The notes below the pieces were generated by a model. That model was not told the origin of the DNA, did no database searches, and saw only the letters and a list, made by a program, of their open reading frames with translations. A stretch of DNA of 64,000 nt from a virus (Duplodnaviria > Caudoviricetes): IMG/VR virus record IMGVR_UViG_3300022906_000002, positions 1-64,000 of that record. One strand, written 5' to 3'. How positions within the stretch are numbered: position 1 is the stretch's first letter; every line of letters begins with the position of its first letter. Both the position numbers and the translations under genes were made by a program. Positions 36,648 through 47,495 of the stretch are shown here, one piece after another.

Positions 36648-36914
36648 ATGGCCGAAGACAAGAAGAACGAGAAGGACGGCAAGCCGGGCGCACCGCCAGT
36701 GCCGGACGCGCCGGAGGTCGAAGCCTCGAAGCCGAAGCCGCCCGTGGAGTCGCCAATGCCCTTGCTGCGTCGATCCGCTGGCCACAAGGTCGTCGGCCTG
36801 ATCAAGCACGGCTCGCGGATGTTCCGTCCGGGCGACCCCATCAAGCCCGGCGACCTGCCGGAGGGTGACTTCGAGCGGTTCGTCACGAGTGGTGCCATCA
36901 CCGCGGAGCGGTAA
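36648..36914 (+). CDS. hypothetical virion-associated protein
   Basis: Follows the MCP; IKHG..FRPGD.I...GAI. Confidence 0.55.
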   Translation: MAEDKKNEKDGKPGAPPVPDAPEVEASKPKPPVESPMPLLRRSAGHKVVGLIKHGSRMFRPGDPIKPGDLPEGDFERFVTSGAITAER

Positions 36915-36923
36915 GAGGGCGCG

Positions 36924-37403
36924 ATGCCGTGGAGCGATTACGAGGCGGTTCTGTTGCAGATTCCGGAGGCGGAAGCCGAACGGATCGCAACGGAGCATGG
37001 CGCGTCGGAAGGAGGGTCGCCCACATTCGAGGAGTGGTGGGTGGCCCGAATCGATGCGGCCGTGCCATTGGTCCTCGGGACGCTTCGCGGCAACGGGTAC
37101 AGTCCGCCCGATGACCCGGCCGAGTTGACGGCTGCTGACGCCTTGCTTCTATCCGAGGCCATCGCGCAGCAAGCCGTCCTTGAGGCGAGGCCGCACGAGG
37201 TTCGGGTAGGCGGCGGCGAGAAGTACCCGGTAGCCGAGCTGTGCATCCGCCTACGTCAGATCGTCGGGGGGATTGTGCGCCTCGACATGTCGGCGGAGTC
37301 GGCGCCGTCGGCCGTCTTCATCCCGGGCACGGTCAACGCCCCGGGCTACCGCCGGCCGCTCTGGTATGACGACTTCGTCGGCTGCGATTCGTGGTGGCCC
37401 TAA
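36924..37403 (+). CDS. putative head-tail adaptor
   Basis: Synteny; GYS.P...LRQIVGG.VRL resembles Mu gp36-type adaptors. Confidence 0.5.
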   Translation: MPWSDYEAVLLQIPEAEAERIATEHGASEGGSPTFEEWWVARIDAAVPLVLGTLRGNGYSPPDDPAELTAADALLLSEAIAQQAVLEARPHEVRVGGGEKYPVAELCIRLRQIVGGIVRLDMSAESAPSAVFIPGTVNAPGYRRPLWYDDFVGCDSWWP

Positions 37404-37407
37404 GCCC

Positions 37408-37953
37408 ATGAACATTACATTCGCCGTGAACAACCGCGCGGCCCTAAAGGCTCTTGACGCGCAGATCGAGGCGACGGCCCAGCCCTTCGCTGCGCCTCGC
37501 GGTGCACGGGTCGTGAAGGCGATTCGCTTGGCCATCGGCGAGGAGTTCTCGCGGGGCGCCGAGCGGACGGATTCCGGTTTCAAGAAATGGAAGCCGACGC
37601 AGTCCTTCGGCACAAAGACCGCCACGAACCCGCCGCTCGGTGGCAAGGCGGGGCGGGTCGCGCGGGCGTGGGCAGGAGGGGCCGGCGGCTTCTCGACGGT
37701 CAGCGGGACTGAAATCGTCATCGGAGTTCGCGCGCCGTGGGCTGCGGTCCACCGCGGCGACAATGGCCCGGTCACGACGATCCGGCCGCGCGGCGGCGAC
37801 AGGATGCGATTCTTCTTGGGACGCGCTTTTGGCGTATGGATCTCGCGCGCACGGCTGGCGCAGGGTCTCAAGGTTCCGGCTCGTCCGCACGCCACGGCCA
37901 ACAAGAGCCTATCGGAGATCATCCGCGATGCACTGCTGGGGGTGAAGGCGTGA
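37408..37953 (+). CDS. neck/virion morphogenesis protein (Mu gpG-like)
   Basis: KWKP, IG...WAAVH.G, KVPARP. Confidence 0.65.
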   Translation: MNITFAVNNRAALKALDAQIEATAQPFAAPRGARVVKAIRLAIGEEFSRGAERTDSGFKKWKPTQSFGTKTATNPPLGGKAGRVARAWAGGAGGFSTVSGTEIVIGVRAPWAAVHRGDNGPVTTIRPRGGDRMRFFLGRAFGVWISRARLAQGLKVPARPHATANKSLSEIIRDALLGVKA

Positions 37954-38444
37954 GCACGAGCCTATCCATTCCCATCAAGGATGTGGACCTGCTCGCGGTC
38001 GAGGTGAAGTCTCGGCTCGCCGCGGCAACGGAGCTAGACGGTTATCGGGTCCGAGTGGACCGCGTACCGATGCTCCAAGAGGCGGTGGCCCTGGTGCCCG
38101 GCAATATTCTTGTGGCGCCGACGCGACTTTCGAGCGCGCCGCAAGTCGGATGCTTCGAGCATGAGGCGGCGATCGGAATGCTCTTCCCGTTCACGGAGAG
38201 CCCGGTACCGCTCAAGGATGACGAAGTGGGGCCGGCGACGCTCGTGGATACGGTCCTCGGCATGGTCGAGAGTTGGAACAAGACGATCGCGACGCCCTCG
38301 ACGAAGTGGAGTTTCCGCGACGCCGATGCCACGTTCTTCGACTCGCCGGACGTTGAGGGTCGCCACCGGCCGACGGGTACCACGCTGATCGGATTTCTCG
38401 TGAATCTGACGTATACCGGCAAGCGATTCTTCGCTCAGCCTTAG
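37950..38444 (+). CDS. putative tail terminator
   Basis: Synteny before the tail tube; size. Confidence 0.45.
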   Translation: MSTSLSIPIKDVDLLAVEVKSRLAAATELDGYRVRVDRVPMLQEAVALVPGNILVAPTRLSSAPQVGCFEHEAAIGMLFPFTESPVPLKDDEVGPATLVDTVLGMVESWNKTIATPSTKWSFRDADATFFDSPDVEGRHRPTGTTLIGFLVNLTYTGKRFFAQP

Positions 38445-38454
38445 GAGATAGCAA

Positions 38455-39786
38455 ATGGGCGATACCTTCCAGGGCGGCAATTCCCAATTCCGAGTGGGCG
38501 TCGAAGCGCGGCCCGGACAGCCCCCGCAGACCACCGGGGAATATGCGGATCTCATGTTCAGCGAGGCCGACCATGGCCCGGAATTCACGGACACCGAGGA
38601 CCCCAATCTCCAGCCGGGCGGACAGGAGTCCGAGGGCTACACGGGGAAAATCGTCGTATCGGGTAGCGTCACCGGCACGATGTATCCGGACCTCGCGAAC
38701 GGCCGGTTTCTGGCGGAAGCGCAGCGCCGGATCACGACGACTTCGCCGGCCACCGACGTCTATTTGCACCGGATGGGCGTGAGCGAGACGACCGCCGTCA
38801 AGAGCGTCGCAACTCGGCTGTCGCGCGACGACGGCGCTCCGGAGACGGCGGCGCTGACCGCCGTGCAGACTCTCGACATTACCGTCGAGCCCGGCAGCCT
38901 GCCCGAGGTGAGCTACGGCCTGGTCTCGGCGCGCGTGACCCGATGGTCATTGGCCACGGCCACGGTGGGCACGGTCACATCCAGCAAGTTCGGCTCGCTG
39001 CGGGGACTGCCGAGCGCGGCTCTCCTGGCGCTGCCTGACGGAGACATCTACGTCAAGATTGTGGACGTGACGGGCTCGCCGAACTCGGTGACCGTCAAAG
39101 TGAAGATCGGCGCGGCGTCCACCTACGACGGCGCGGACATCGTCATCCCGTGCGGCGCCGACAGTATCGGCCGGCCGAAGTGGACGCCGCTGACCGACGA
39201 GGACGATGCGCGCATCGGAACCCGCGACATGCCGATCGAACTGGCGATCACGACGGGCGCCGGGTTTTCGGTCAACGACGTAATGAAGTTCACCCGCGAG
39301 GCGCCCGCCTGGGTGACGGTTCCGCCGACGATGGCGCCGTTCAACGAGGTGTATTGCGAGATCACCTTCGACGACGAGAGCTACTGCCTGACTTCGTGGT
39401 CGCTGTCGGCGACGTTCCCCGTGGACGTCAACGAGTGCATCGGCGGACGTTTCGCGGACAGCTTGATCCGCGAGGGTCGGCGAGAGATTCGGATCTCCAT
39501 CGACCGAAAGTACACCGACCGCCGGATCGTGGACAAACTGATTAGCGGCGCCCGTTTCGCGCTGAAGGCGATTCTCTCCAACGGCGAGCAAGTCGAGGAC
39601 GGATTCGACTTCTTGCTAACCGTCACATGCCCTCGGTGCAAGGCGACCGGCAAGGCTCCGAGCGCCCAAGAAGAACTGACCGAGAGCGTCGAGTTCGCTG
39701 CATATCCGTCGCCCGGCGACATCTCGGGGTATGTGGACGACATGACCATCGAGCTTCAGAACGCCTCGCCCTCGCTGATTGCGTAA
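38455..39786 (+). CDS. major tail tube protein with an inserted domain
   Basis: AGGAG RBS; VGVEA.PG, VSGSV, GRREI..SI, IELQN. Confidence 0.7.
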   Translation: MGDTFQGGNSQFRVGVEARPGQPPQTTGEYADLMFSEADHGPEFTDTEDPNLQPGGQESEGYTGKIVVSGSVTGTMYPDLANGRFLAEAQRRITTTSPATDVYLHRMGVSETTAVKSVATRLSRDDGAPETAALTAVQTLDITVEPGSLPEVSYGLVSARVTRWSLATATVGTVTSSKFGSLRGLPSAALLALPDGDIYVKIVDVTGSPNSVTVKVKIGAASTYDGADIVIPCGADSIGRPKWTPLTDEDDARIGTRDMPIELAITTGAGFSVNDVMKFTREAPAWVTVPPTMAPFNEVYCEITFDDESYCLTSWSLSATFPVDVNECIGGRFADSLIREGRREIRISIDRKYTDRRIVDKLISGARFALKAILSNGEQVEDGFDFLLTVTCPRCKATGKAPSAQEELTESVEFAAYPSPGDISGYVDDMTIELQNASPSLIA

Positions 39787-39858
39787 GCCGCGCGGCGTAG
39801 CCCCGCATCCGCCCGGGTCGGGGTGCCGCAAACCTGACCCGGGCGAGACGGAATCCGT

Positions 39859-42800
39859 TTGGCGCAAGTAAATCAGGAAGTCCTTCTCCGTATCCTCGCC
39901 GAGGTGGCGGACGCCCTCAAGGGCCTGAATCAGGTCCGGGACGGCGTCCGCGCGCTCGCATCGGAGACAAAGGCCGAATCGCCTCTGAAGTTGGATCTTC
40001 AGATCGGCGAGGGCCTGGCGCGCCTGCGGGAGTTGCGGACGGGGATCGAGGAGACGGTCCGCGTCACGAAGGGCGACGGCGGAAAGATCAATCTCAAGCT
40101 TGATGTCGGGGCGATCGACAAGGAGCTGAAGGATCTCGCGAGTCGCGTAAAGACGGGCGTCACCGAGATCCGAAATTCCTTCGAGGGCCTGGGCAAGGTC
40201 AAGGTCGATCTCGGACTTGCAAGGAAGGGGTCGAAGGAATTCCAGGAGTTCCAGGCGGAATTGCGCAAACTGGAATCCCAATTTCAAGGTGCAGTCAACC
40301 GGCTGAACACGGCGAGTCGCGGGGTGACGTTCGATCCGATCTCGCGATCGGCGACGCTCGCTCGCGACAAAGTGCGGATCGCGGCCGAGAACATGGCCGA
40401 CTTCCTTGGGAAGATCCCGGCGGCCGTCACCAAGGATGAGGCGGCATTCGCCGGGCTCCAAGCGAAGATCGAATCGCTGCGGGCCGCAGCCGCCAGGCTC
40501 TCTCAAATCGACGTAGTGCCCCCGGGCGGCGTCCCGGCCGCGGCGTCCTTGACGTCTTCGATTGGGTCGCTGGAGTCCGCATTCGGCTTGGCCAGTAAGG
40601 CCGCGCAGCTCTTTCTCGCTTCGCTGGTCGTCCAGAAGCTATTGGACTTCGGCAAGTCGGCGGTACAGGTTGCGTCCGACCTGCAAATCCTCCAAGGACA
40701 GCTAGAGATTTTCGTCGGCGGTCCGCAGGAAGCGGCTGACGCCATTGACCATCTGCGCGACGTCGCCGACGACGTAGGCATCTCCTTCATTACGCTGACC
40801 GACAACTTTCAGAAGTTTCTGGTGCCGGCGCAGGCCGCGGGCCTGTCGCTGAAGGAGACTCAGCAGGTATTCGACGCGATCTCGATTGCCGTGGCGGGCG
40901 CAGGCAAGAGCACCGAAGAAGTTAACGGCATCTTCAAGACGTTCACCGACGTCCTCCAGAAGGGCGTCATTCAGGCCGAGGAGTTGGTCAAGCAGTTCGC
41001 GAACAACGGCATTCCGGCGACGGCGCTGCTGGCAAGGGCCTACGGAAAGACGACGGCAGAAGTCCGAGAACTGACCAAAGAGCACCAGATTCTCGCGCGC
41101 GACGGCGTCCCGGCTCTCGCCGCGGAAATGTTGAAGGTCTATGGCCCGGCCGCGCTGAAAAACGTGGAATCCTTCCGCTCAGAAAACGAGCGGTTCAAGA
41201 ACGAGATCATCGATCTTAAGCAAGCCTTTGGTGACGAGCTACTGCCGGCGCTCGTTGAAGTTCTCCAGACGCTGAAGGGGTTTGACGGGGAGGGCACCTT
41301 CGCTTCTCTCGGATCTGACGTGGCGACAGTCATCCGGCTTCTCGGCGACGTGGCCCGCATCTTTCGCGACCTCAAGAACTTTGACCTGAAGTCGGCGTTT
41401 GTCGGCATTGACGTGCTGTTCCTGAACCTCGCGGCCACGGGAGTCAAGTCGTTCGGGGCGCTCGAAGAGTCGGCCGCCAAGCTGACGGAGGCCTTGGGTC
41501 TGGCGCCGAAGGGCTTCGCTGATGCCGTCGCCAAGTCGGTTGATGAGGCCGTCGAGAAGCTTCGATTCGCGGCAAAGGAAGCGCGAAAGTTGGGCGAGGA
41601 GTCGCGGGCGGGCGCCGAGGAGGGCGGCGAGGGCGTCCGCAACCTCGGCGAAGAATGGAAGAAGCTCTATGAGAACCTAAAGAAGCAGCAGGCCGCCCAC
41701 CAAAAGAACGCCGAGGACAGCGAGAAGGAGCTGACGAAGAAGCAGCTCGCAGAGATCAAGAAGCGAGAGGACGCGTATAAATCGTTCTTCCAGAAGCTCG
41801 CCGAGCTGTCGAAGACGCCCGATCCGAACGCGCCGGATCTTGCGGGTTCGGTCCCGTCAAGCGTCAAGGCGCCGGACGTTCAGCCCGGGGATTCGACTTC
41901 TCTGGCCAAGCTCCGCGAAGAACTAGCCGCCACGCTACAGGCCAAGAGGGAGCTAGAGCTTCAGCCCAGCGTGAGCACGGAAGATCTGGCGCAGATCGAT
42001 TCTCTGCGCGGCAAGGTCCAGGACCTCGAGACGCAGATTCGGAGCTATGGCTCGGCGAGCGGCGCGGCTGGGGACCAGGCCGCGGCCGGGCTCCAGAAGA
42101 CCCAACAGGCGGCGGCCGAGGCGGCGGCCAAGGTACAGGCCGAACTCGGGACAAAGACGCTTGACGCGCTGCGCCAACTGATCACCGGAACCGACGATTT
42201 CGCGAAGGCCTTTACGGACCTGAGCCCGAAGGCGCAGAACGCGGTGACCGGAATCGTCGCCGCCTTTGAGCAAGCGGCGCAGTCCGGCAACATCTCGCGC
42301 GATCAGATCGCCGAGTTCGGGCAACTTCTGATCAAGGCCTTTCAGGACGGCGGTCTCGTCGGCAAGCAGTTCGCCGCTGATTTGGCGGCGGCGTTCGGCA
42401 CCACGGGCACGGCCGCGGGCTCTCTGACCGCGGCGCTCCGCGCGCTCGCCGACGGCTCGAAGACCGCGGGTGCCGGGCTCAAGGAAGTGGGCGGGGGCGC
42501 GACCGCTACGGCCGCCAGCCTGAAGGGTCTCACCGGAGAGGCGAACGTGTCGGCCGCTGGCCTAAAGGGGGTGGGGTCAGAGGCGGGCGCGTCCGTGCCC
42601 AGCCTGACCGGGGCCGGCCAGGCTGCCGAGACAGCCGCGACCGCCGTGCGCCACGCAGGCGAAAGCGCCAAAGAGTTTGACGACCGCATCCGAAGCCTGA
42701 TCGACACTTCCGGCGGCACGGCGACCGCAGTTCGCGGAGTGGGTGAGGCTGCCAATGATGCTGCAATCCAGGTTAACGGGGCCGCTCAAGCCGCTGCGTC

Positions 42801-44436
42801 AGCGTCACAGAACTTCATAGGCGTCCGTGATGCGGCCGGCAACCTTGGGCCAAACCTCCTGAAGACGGGCGAGGACGCAAAGACCGCGAAGAGCGAAATC
42901 GACGGCGTAGCCGTGGCTGCCGCGAAGGCGGCCGACAACTTCATCGGCGTGCGGGATGCCGCGGGCAACGTCGGCCCGAACCTGCTCGACGTCAGTAAGA
43001 GCGCGGGCGAGGCGAAGAAGGGCGTGGACGACCTCTCGAAGGCCGAGCCTCCGACGAAGCTGAACGAGGGCTTGACGACTACCGCGGACGCCGCGCAAAA
43101 GGTGGTCGATCCCATCAAGTCGATCGCCGAATCGACCGCCAAGCTCGGCGACGCGACGCAAGTGGAGGGCGCGGCCAAGTTGGGCGAGGCGCTGACCGGA
43201 TTGACGGCTCCGGCCGCCGCTCTGGCGCCTCCGCTGGAGCTTGTAGCGGGCGCCGCGTCCCGATTGTCGCAAGCCGTCCAGGCGCTCCTTGCGGAGCCGG
43301 GGCTCGGGACGATCGAATCTCAGTTGACGCCGCTACTCGTGCCGCTTCAGAACCTGACCGAGCCCGTCACGACATTGAGTGAGGCGCTCGCGAAGTTGGG
43401 CCAGGCGACGCAGACGGTCAAGGCCGACGGTCTCACTGCGCTCGGAGAGGCTGGGGCGAAGCTGTCGAGCCTCGCCGAACCCGCATCGAGCGCCGCGAAG
43501 GCGCTGGGTCCGCTGACCGAAGCGAGCACGCTACTGGGGACGACGTTCGCCACGGTCAATACCAATGCCTCGTCCTTCTCGACGACACTCGCGGCGATTG
43601 GTGAGGCGACCACCGCATTGGTTGCCAGCCTCTCGGATGCCGCGCTCACCACGGGACTCGACGGACTCACCGAATCTTTCGCTGGCGCCGGACCGGATCT
43701 GGCCTCCGTGGCCACGGAGTTAGATCGTTTCGCGAAGGCCCTCGACGCATCGAAGGTGGCGCTGCCTGAGGTGCAAGCGGGTATCGAGGCGATCGCCGAG
43801 TCCGTGGGCAAGCCAGAAGTCAAAGACGGGCTGAACAGTCTCGCGGGATCGATCGACAAAATCGCGTCCAGCGCGACCGGCGCGGGCGAGGGCCTGGTCG
43901 TCGTCGGGGAATCCCTGGCGGCGATAAGTGGGTCTGCCGAAAAGGCGGCCGATGGGCTTGCATCGATCGCCAAGTCGCTTCATGCCGATGAGGTTCGAAA
44001 GGGTGCCGCGGCCATCAAGGAACTCGGCGAATCCGGGGCGTCGGCGGCCACTGGAGCGAAGAATCTAGCCGACAGCGCCAAGGACGCAAAGGTAGAGATC
44101 GAGCTACTGACCGCCGTCTTGGATGAGGCGACCAGGGCCGAGATATCGATCGGAGAAGCTGCGGCGCGCGCCGCGCCTATAATCCAAGGAGACCTGAAGG
44201 TTGCATTCCGTCAGTTAAACGAGCCTCTGGAGGTGTCGAAGGAAAGCTTCGAGGCTATCGTCGGAGTCATCACTTATCTCGGGCGAGATGCCCTCGGCAT
44301 CATTCAGGTCGTTACAGAGCAGGTCAATGGACTGGCGACTGCATGGCAGAAAGTGGCGAGCGCGGCAGCCGCCGCGAAGCAGGCCATTACTGGCATACGG
44401 TTGCCGCCGGCCGTCGGCCAGTCAGGGGGGGGCTAG
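39859..44436 (+). CDS. tape measure protein
   Basis: 1525 aa, Ala-rich and helical; QKGVIQAEELVKQF tape-measure motif; internal NFIGVRDAAGN.GPNLL duplication. Confidence 0.92.
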   Translation: MAQVNQEVLLRILAEVADALKGLNQVRDGVRALASETKAESPLKLDLQIGEGLARLRELRTGIEETVRVTKGDGGKINLKLDVGAIDKELKDLASRVKTGVTEIRNSFEGLGKVKVDLGLARKGSKEFQEFQAELRKLESQFQGAVNRLNTASRGVTFDPISRSATLARDKVRIAAENMADFLGKIPAAVTKDEAAFAGLQAKIESLRAAAARLSQIDVVPPGGVPAAASLTSSIGSLESAFGLASKAAQLFLASLVVQKLLDFGKSAVQVASDLQILQGQLEIFVGGPQEAADAIDHLRDVADDVGISFITLTDNFQKFLVPAQAAGLSLKETQQVFDAISIAVAGAGKSTEEVNGIFKTFTDVLQKGVIQAEELVKQFANNGIPATALLARAYGKTTAEVRELTKEHQILARDGVPALAAEMLKVYGPAALKNVESFRSENERFKNEIIDLKQAFGDELLPALVEVLQTLKGFDGEGTFASLGSDVATVIRLLGDVARIFRDLKNFDLKSAFVGIDVLFLNLAATGVKSFGALEESAAKLTEALGLAPKGFADAVAKSVDEAVEKLRFAAKEARKLGEESRAGAEEGGEGVRNLGEEWKKLYENLKKQQAAHQKNAEDSEKELTKKQLAEIKKREDAYKSFFQKLAELSKTPDPNAPDLAGSVPSSVKAPDVQPGDSTSLAKLREELAATLQAKRELELQPSVSTEDLAQIDSLRGKVQDLETQIRSYGSASGAAGDQAAAGLQKTQQAAAEAAAKVQAELGTKTLDALRQLITGTDDFAKAFTDLSPKAQNAVTGIVAAFEQAAQSGNISRDQIAEFGQLLIKAFQDGGLVGKQFAADLAAAFGTTGTAAGSLTAALRALADGSKTAGAGLKEVGGGATATAASLKGLTGEANVSAAGLKGVGSEAGASVPSLTGAGQAAETAATAVRHAGESAKEFDDRIRSLIDTSGGTATAVRGVGEAANDAAIQVNGAAQAAASASQNFIGVRDAAGNLGPNLLKTGEDAKTAKSEIDGVAVAAAKAADNFIGVRDAAGNVGPNLLDVSKSAGEAKKGVDDLSKAEPPTKLNEGLTTTADAAQKVVDPIKSIAESTAKLGDATQVEGAAKLGEALTGLTAPAAALAPPLELVAGAASRLSQAVQALLAEPGLGTIESQLTPLLVPLQNLTEPVTTLSEALAKLGQATQTVKADGLTALGEAGAKLSSLAEPASSAAKALGPLTEASTLLGTTFATVNTNASSFSTTLAAIGEATTALVASLSDAALTTGLDGLTESFAGAGPDLASVATELDRFAKALDASKVALPEVQAGIEAIAESVGKPEVKDGLNSLAGSIDKIASSATGAGEGLVVVGESLAAISGSAEKAADGLASIAKSLHADEVRKGAAAIKELGESGASAATGAKNLADSAKDAKVEIELLTAVLDEATRAEISIGEAAARAAPIIQGDLKVAFRQLNEPLEVSKESFEAIVGVITYLGRDALGIIQVVTEQVNGLATAWQKVASAAAAAKQAITGIRLPPAVGQSGGG

Positions 44437-44675
44437 CGTGGTCCAGACCCATTTCCGGGATACGATTGCCGCCGATTGTGGCAAGCGGGAGCTAATGGAA
44501 AATGCGGACGATCGTCGATCAGGTGAATGACTTGGCCAAGGGGCTCGACCGCGTGGCGCGGAATTCGCGACGGATCAAGGGCTTCTCGCCGGGAGCGCCG
44601 ATCGCCGCCGGGAGCGCAGCGCCGCGGCCATTTCCAGATCCCGTCGAATTGCGGCGGCGCGAGGTTTAAGGCGGC

Positions 44676-45329
44676 ATGCCGATCGATCAGGGACCGATTT
44701 CGTGGGAGCGGTATGCGCCGTTCGCCCGCCCGCCACTCTTCGCGGGGAGACCGCTTTCGAGCCGCCTGGCAACGATTCGCATCGATCCCGCGCCCTCGGG
44801 TATCGAACTGCCGATGCTGGACGGCGGATCGGTCTTCCAGGTCGAATTGCTGCCGGCCGATGCCTCGTTGTCGCGCGCCTCTTCAGAAATCACCCTGACC
44901 TATGCGGCGGCCACCGAGGAAGATTCGCGGGCCGCCGATCTGCTCGGGGCACTGTGCCGCGAAGATGTGCAGCCCGTCATCCTGTGGGACGTGTTCTCGG
45001 ACTACTGGCGAATCGGCGGCACGACGCGCACCTCGTGGGGGCTGTCTCGCGAATCGGCTCCCGCGCCGCCGGATGTGCATTCCGGCGAGATCATTGCGCC
45101 GGACGGATCGATTACCGCGTTAACCCTCGTTAGCGGCACTCCCGATTCCGGCGAGATCGCGGTATCCGGGTCCACGGCGACGACCGCCGATCTTTCGGGA
45201 TTGGCCGGGAGTCTTCTGCACGTGAGGTATTACCCGGTCCGATACGTGGCGTCCATCACCCGGAGCCAAGACTACTCGGAGGCCGGATTGATGACCTTCG
45301 ATTTGACGTTCCGGGAGTGGCTCCCGTAG
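44676..45329 (+). CDS. putative distal tail protein
   Basis: Directly after the TMP; C-terminal FDLTFRE. Confidence 0.55.
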   Translation: MPIDQGPISWERYAPFARPPLFAGRPLSSRLATIRIDPAPSGIELPMLDGGSVFQVELLPADASLSRASSEITLTYAAATEEDSRAADLLGALCREDVQPVILWDVFSDYWRIGGTTRTSWGLSRESAPAPPDVHSGEIIAPDGSITALTLVSGTPDSGEIAVSGSTATTADLSGLAGSLLHVRYYPVRYVASITRSQDYSEAGLMTFDLTFREWLP

Positions 45330-47495
45330 ATGGCGACCCTCTTGACGCTCGGGGCTTCGATCGCCGCTTCGTCGGCGCCCGAGGCATCGCTGATCCTTGG
45401 GGTCTACGTTGATCCCTCGGGCGAGGAGTTGGCGCTCGACGTGACGCCCCACGCGGCGGCCGATCAGGTGCTTGCGCGCAGCGGCGATCGTCAGCAGGTG
45501 CGAGTCGAGGCGACGGTCGCGCTCGCTCCGTTCGGTGTGACCGTGGCCCCGATCTCGATCGGGTGGGGATCGGAGGTCAACGCGGGCGGACACGGGTCGA
45601 TCACCATGCCCGCGTCGTCGGCGAACTGGGTGCCCGGGCCGCTGGGGTATGAAACGCAGTTCGGCGGACCGCCTCCGGGCGCCGCGCTGATCGACGTGAA
45701 CGCGATCTACGGTTCGCGATCTGACCCGCTGGCGATCCCCTTGACGAGCGGTGCGGTGTCCGCGCAGAGTACCCGGAGCCTGAGTAAGGACGGCCATACG
45801 CTCCAATTCGAGATGCTGGACTACGGCGGCCGATCGGACGGAGAGTCCTTCGATTACGTGCTGCCCGCGCTTCACGGCAAGCGGCCGGGCGAGATGATTC
45901 GCGAGATGGCGACGCTCGCCGGGGTGCCCTCGTCGAGGATTGCTGTGCCGACGTTCGGGCCGCAGCTTCGCAAGGGGTTCGAATCGCTGGGGACCGGATG
46001 GATGGGCCGCGCGCGCGATCTTGCGTCGAGCTTTGGGTATGCCCTGGACTTCGACGGGCAAGGAGTGCTGACCGCCTACCGTTGGCCGCCGACCGCCGAT
46101 CCGGAAGCCGTATTCGATGCCCGCTCGTTCGCCGCGGAGGCCGGATTGAGCGCCGATGCCGATGCCTCGGTTCCGCGGTGCATCAAGATCCTCGGCAACG
46201 CTCCGGAGATCCCAGGCGGCGGCGGGGTCGTCAGCTTCCCGCCCGAGATTCGCGAGACGATCGAGCCCTTCTCGCCGCCGCGCGCGCAGTTCCGGCAGGA
46301 CGCGGGTCCCGATACGTTCACGGCCACCGGTTTCGGCACAGCGACCGTCGGCAACTACGTGACCGAGCGGATCGAGACCTACCGCGTCAAGGAGGGCACG
46401 TGCGTCCTCCGCGAAGAGGTGGTGACTTGGCGATGGTACGCGCCGCGAGCCGCGCGGTACCAGAAGTTCTTCGACGAACTGACCCCGCGATACGCCGGGA
46501 CCGTTTGGATCTACGATCCGGAGTCCGTGGCCGGCGATTCGGCGGAAGCCTACCTGTGGCCTGTGCAGCGCTTTGTCGTCGTCAGTCGCGATGTCACGGT
46601 TTGGCATTACGACGGGCCGGGTGAAGAGCTGACCCGGAAGGTGGTAGCGCACGGCGGATGGTACAACCGGCGGGCGGCAATCGCCGAGAAGGACACGCCG
46701 ACCGATCTCCCGCTCACCTACTACTACGAGGGCAACGGGCGCGCCGTGGCCCACTTGGCGGAAGATTTCTACTGGGGCAACGACGCGACCGCCGAATTCG
46801 TCAATCCGGAGGGCTCGGGCGATCTCGGGACGAGTTCAAATCTGGCGAGCGAGATCACGGCGTACGAGTTCGCGGGCGGCTATAAGACGGCGGAGACGGA
46901 AGTGGCCCGCACGATTCTCGCGCTGCCCGGCGGAAACTTTCTGTATTCGGACGGCGCGTACTACGGCGCGAGCGGCGTCGGAGATGGCGCGAGCGAGGAA
47001 TACCGGGTCTCGTCTACGAAGCGCGTCAATTACCTTCCGACCGGCCCGTCGTCTTCCGACATCGTGACCGACATCCGCGGGCCGAACGGCGAATTCGTGC
47101 GCCGTGTCGCCGAGGGTTCGGAGGGCTACTTGCCGGCGATCGAGACGTGCAACCCCGAGATCGACGCAGAGCGAAGTGCGCGCCCCTTCGAGGTCGAGGT
47201 GTGCGCCGTGTTCTCCTCGGGTACCGGTCGGACCGAGATCATCCAAAACGATTTCGTGGAAGACGAGGCGCAGGCCACGGAACTTGCGGGATGGGAGCTT
47301 CGGCGGCGGCGGGCTATCGCAGTCAAGGCCCGGGTGCCGTTGTGGGCCGCGGGTCGCCCCGGAACGCCCGTCGCCATCGCCATGCCCCGCCAAGGTTACC
47401 CGGGGCTCAAGGGGTGGGTGCATGGCGCGGAGCATTCGGCGTCCGGCGTGCGCGAGCCGGCCGTTACCGATCTCGACTTAAGGATTGAGACGTGA
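45330..47495 (+). CDS. putative tail hub/tip protein
   Basis: Synteny; LDFDGQG.L and C-terminal PG..V.I..P...G..GWV..EHS hub-like pattern. Confidence 0.6.
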   Translation: MATLLTLGASIAASSAPEASLILGVYVDPSGEELALDVTPHAAADQVLARSGDRQQVRVEATVALAPFGVTVAPISIGWGSEVNAGGHGSITMPASSANWVPGPLGYETQFGGPPPGAALIDVNAIYGSRSDPLAIPLTSGAVSAQSTRSLSKDGHTLQFEMLDYGGRSDGESFDYVLPALHGKRPGEMIREMATLAGVPSSRIAVPTFGPQLRKGFESLGTGWMGRARDLASSFGYALDFDGQGVLTAYRWPPTADPEAVFDARSFAAEAGLSADADASVPRCIKILGNAPEIPGGGGVVSFPPEIRETIEPFSPPRAQFRQDAGPDTFTATGFGTATVGNYVTERIETYRVKEGTCVLREEVVTWRWYAPRAARYQKFFDELTPRYAGTVWIYDPESVAGDSAEAYLWPVQRFVVVSRDVTVWHYDGPGEELTRKVVAHGGWYNRRAAIAEKDTPTDLPLTYYYEGNGRAVAHLAEDFYWGNDATAEFVNPEGSGDLGTSSNLASEITAYEFAGGYKTAETEVARTILALPGGNFLYSDGAYYGASGVGDGASEEYRVSSTKRVNYLPTGPSSSDIVTDIRGPNGEFVRRVAEGSEGYLPAIETCNPEIDAERSARPFEVEVCAVFSSGTGRTEIIQNDFVEDEAQATELAGWELRRRRAIAVKARVPLWAAGRPGTPVAIAMPRQGYPGLKGWVHGAEHSASGVREPAVTDLDLRIET

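Noticed and set aside
45120-46754. Long antisense ORFs (also 26456-28024, 52189-53334 and others)
   Set aside because: These are shadow frames of GC-rich genes or overlap RNA genes; they have no motifs or RBS.
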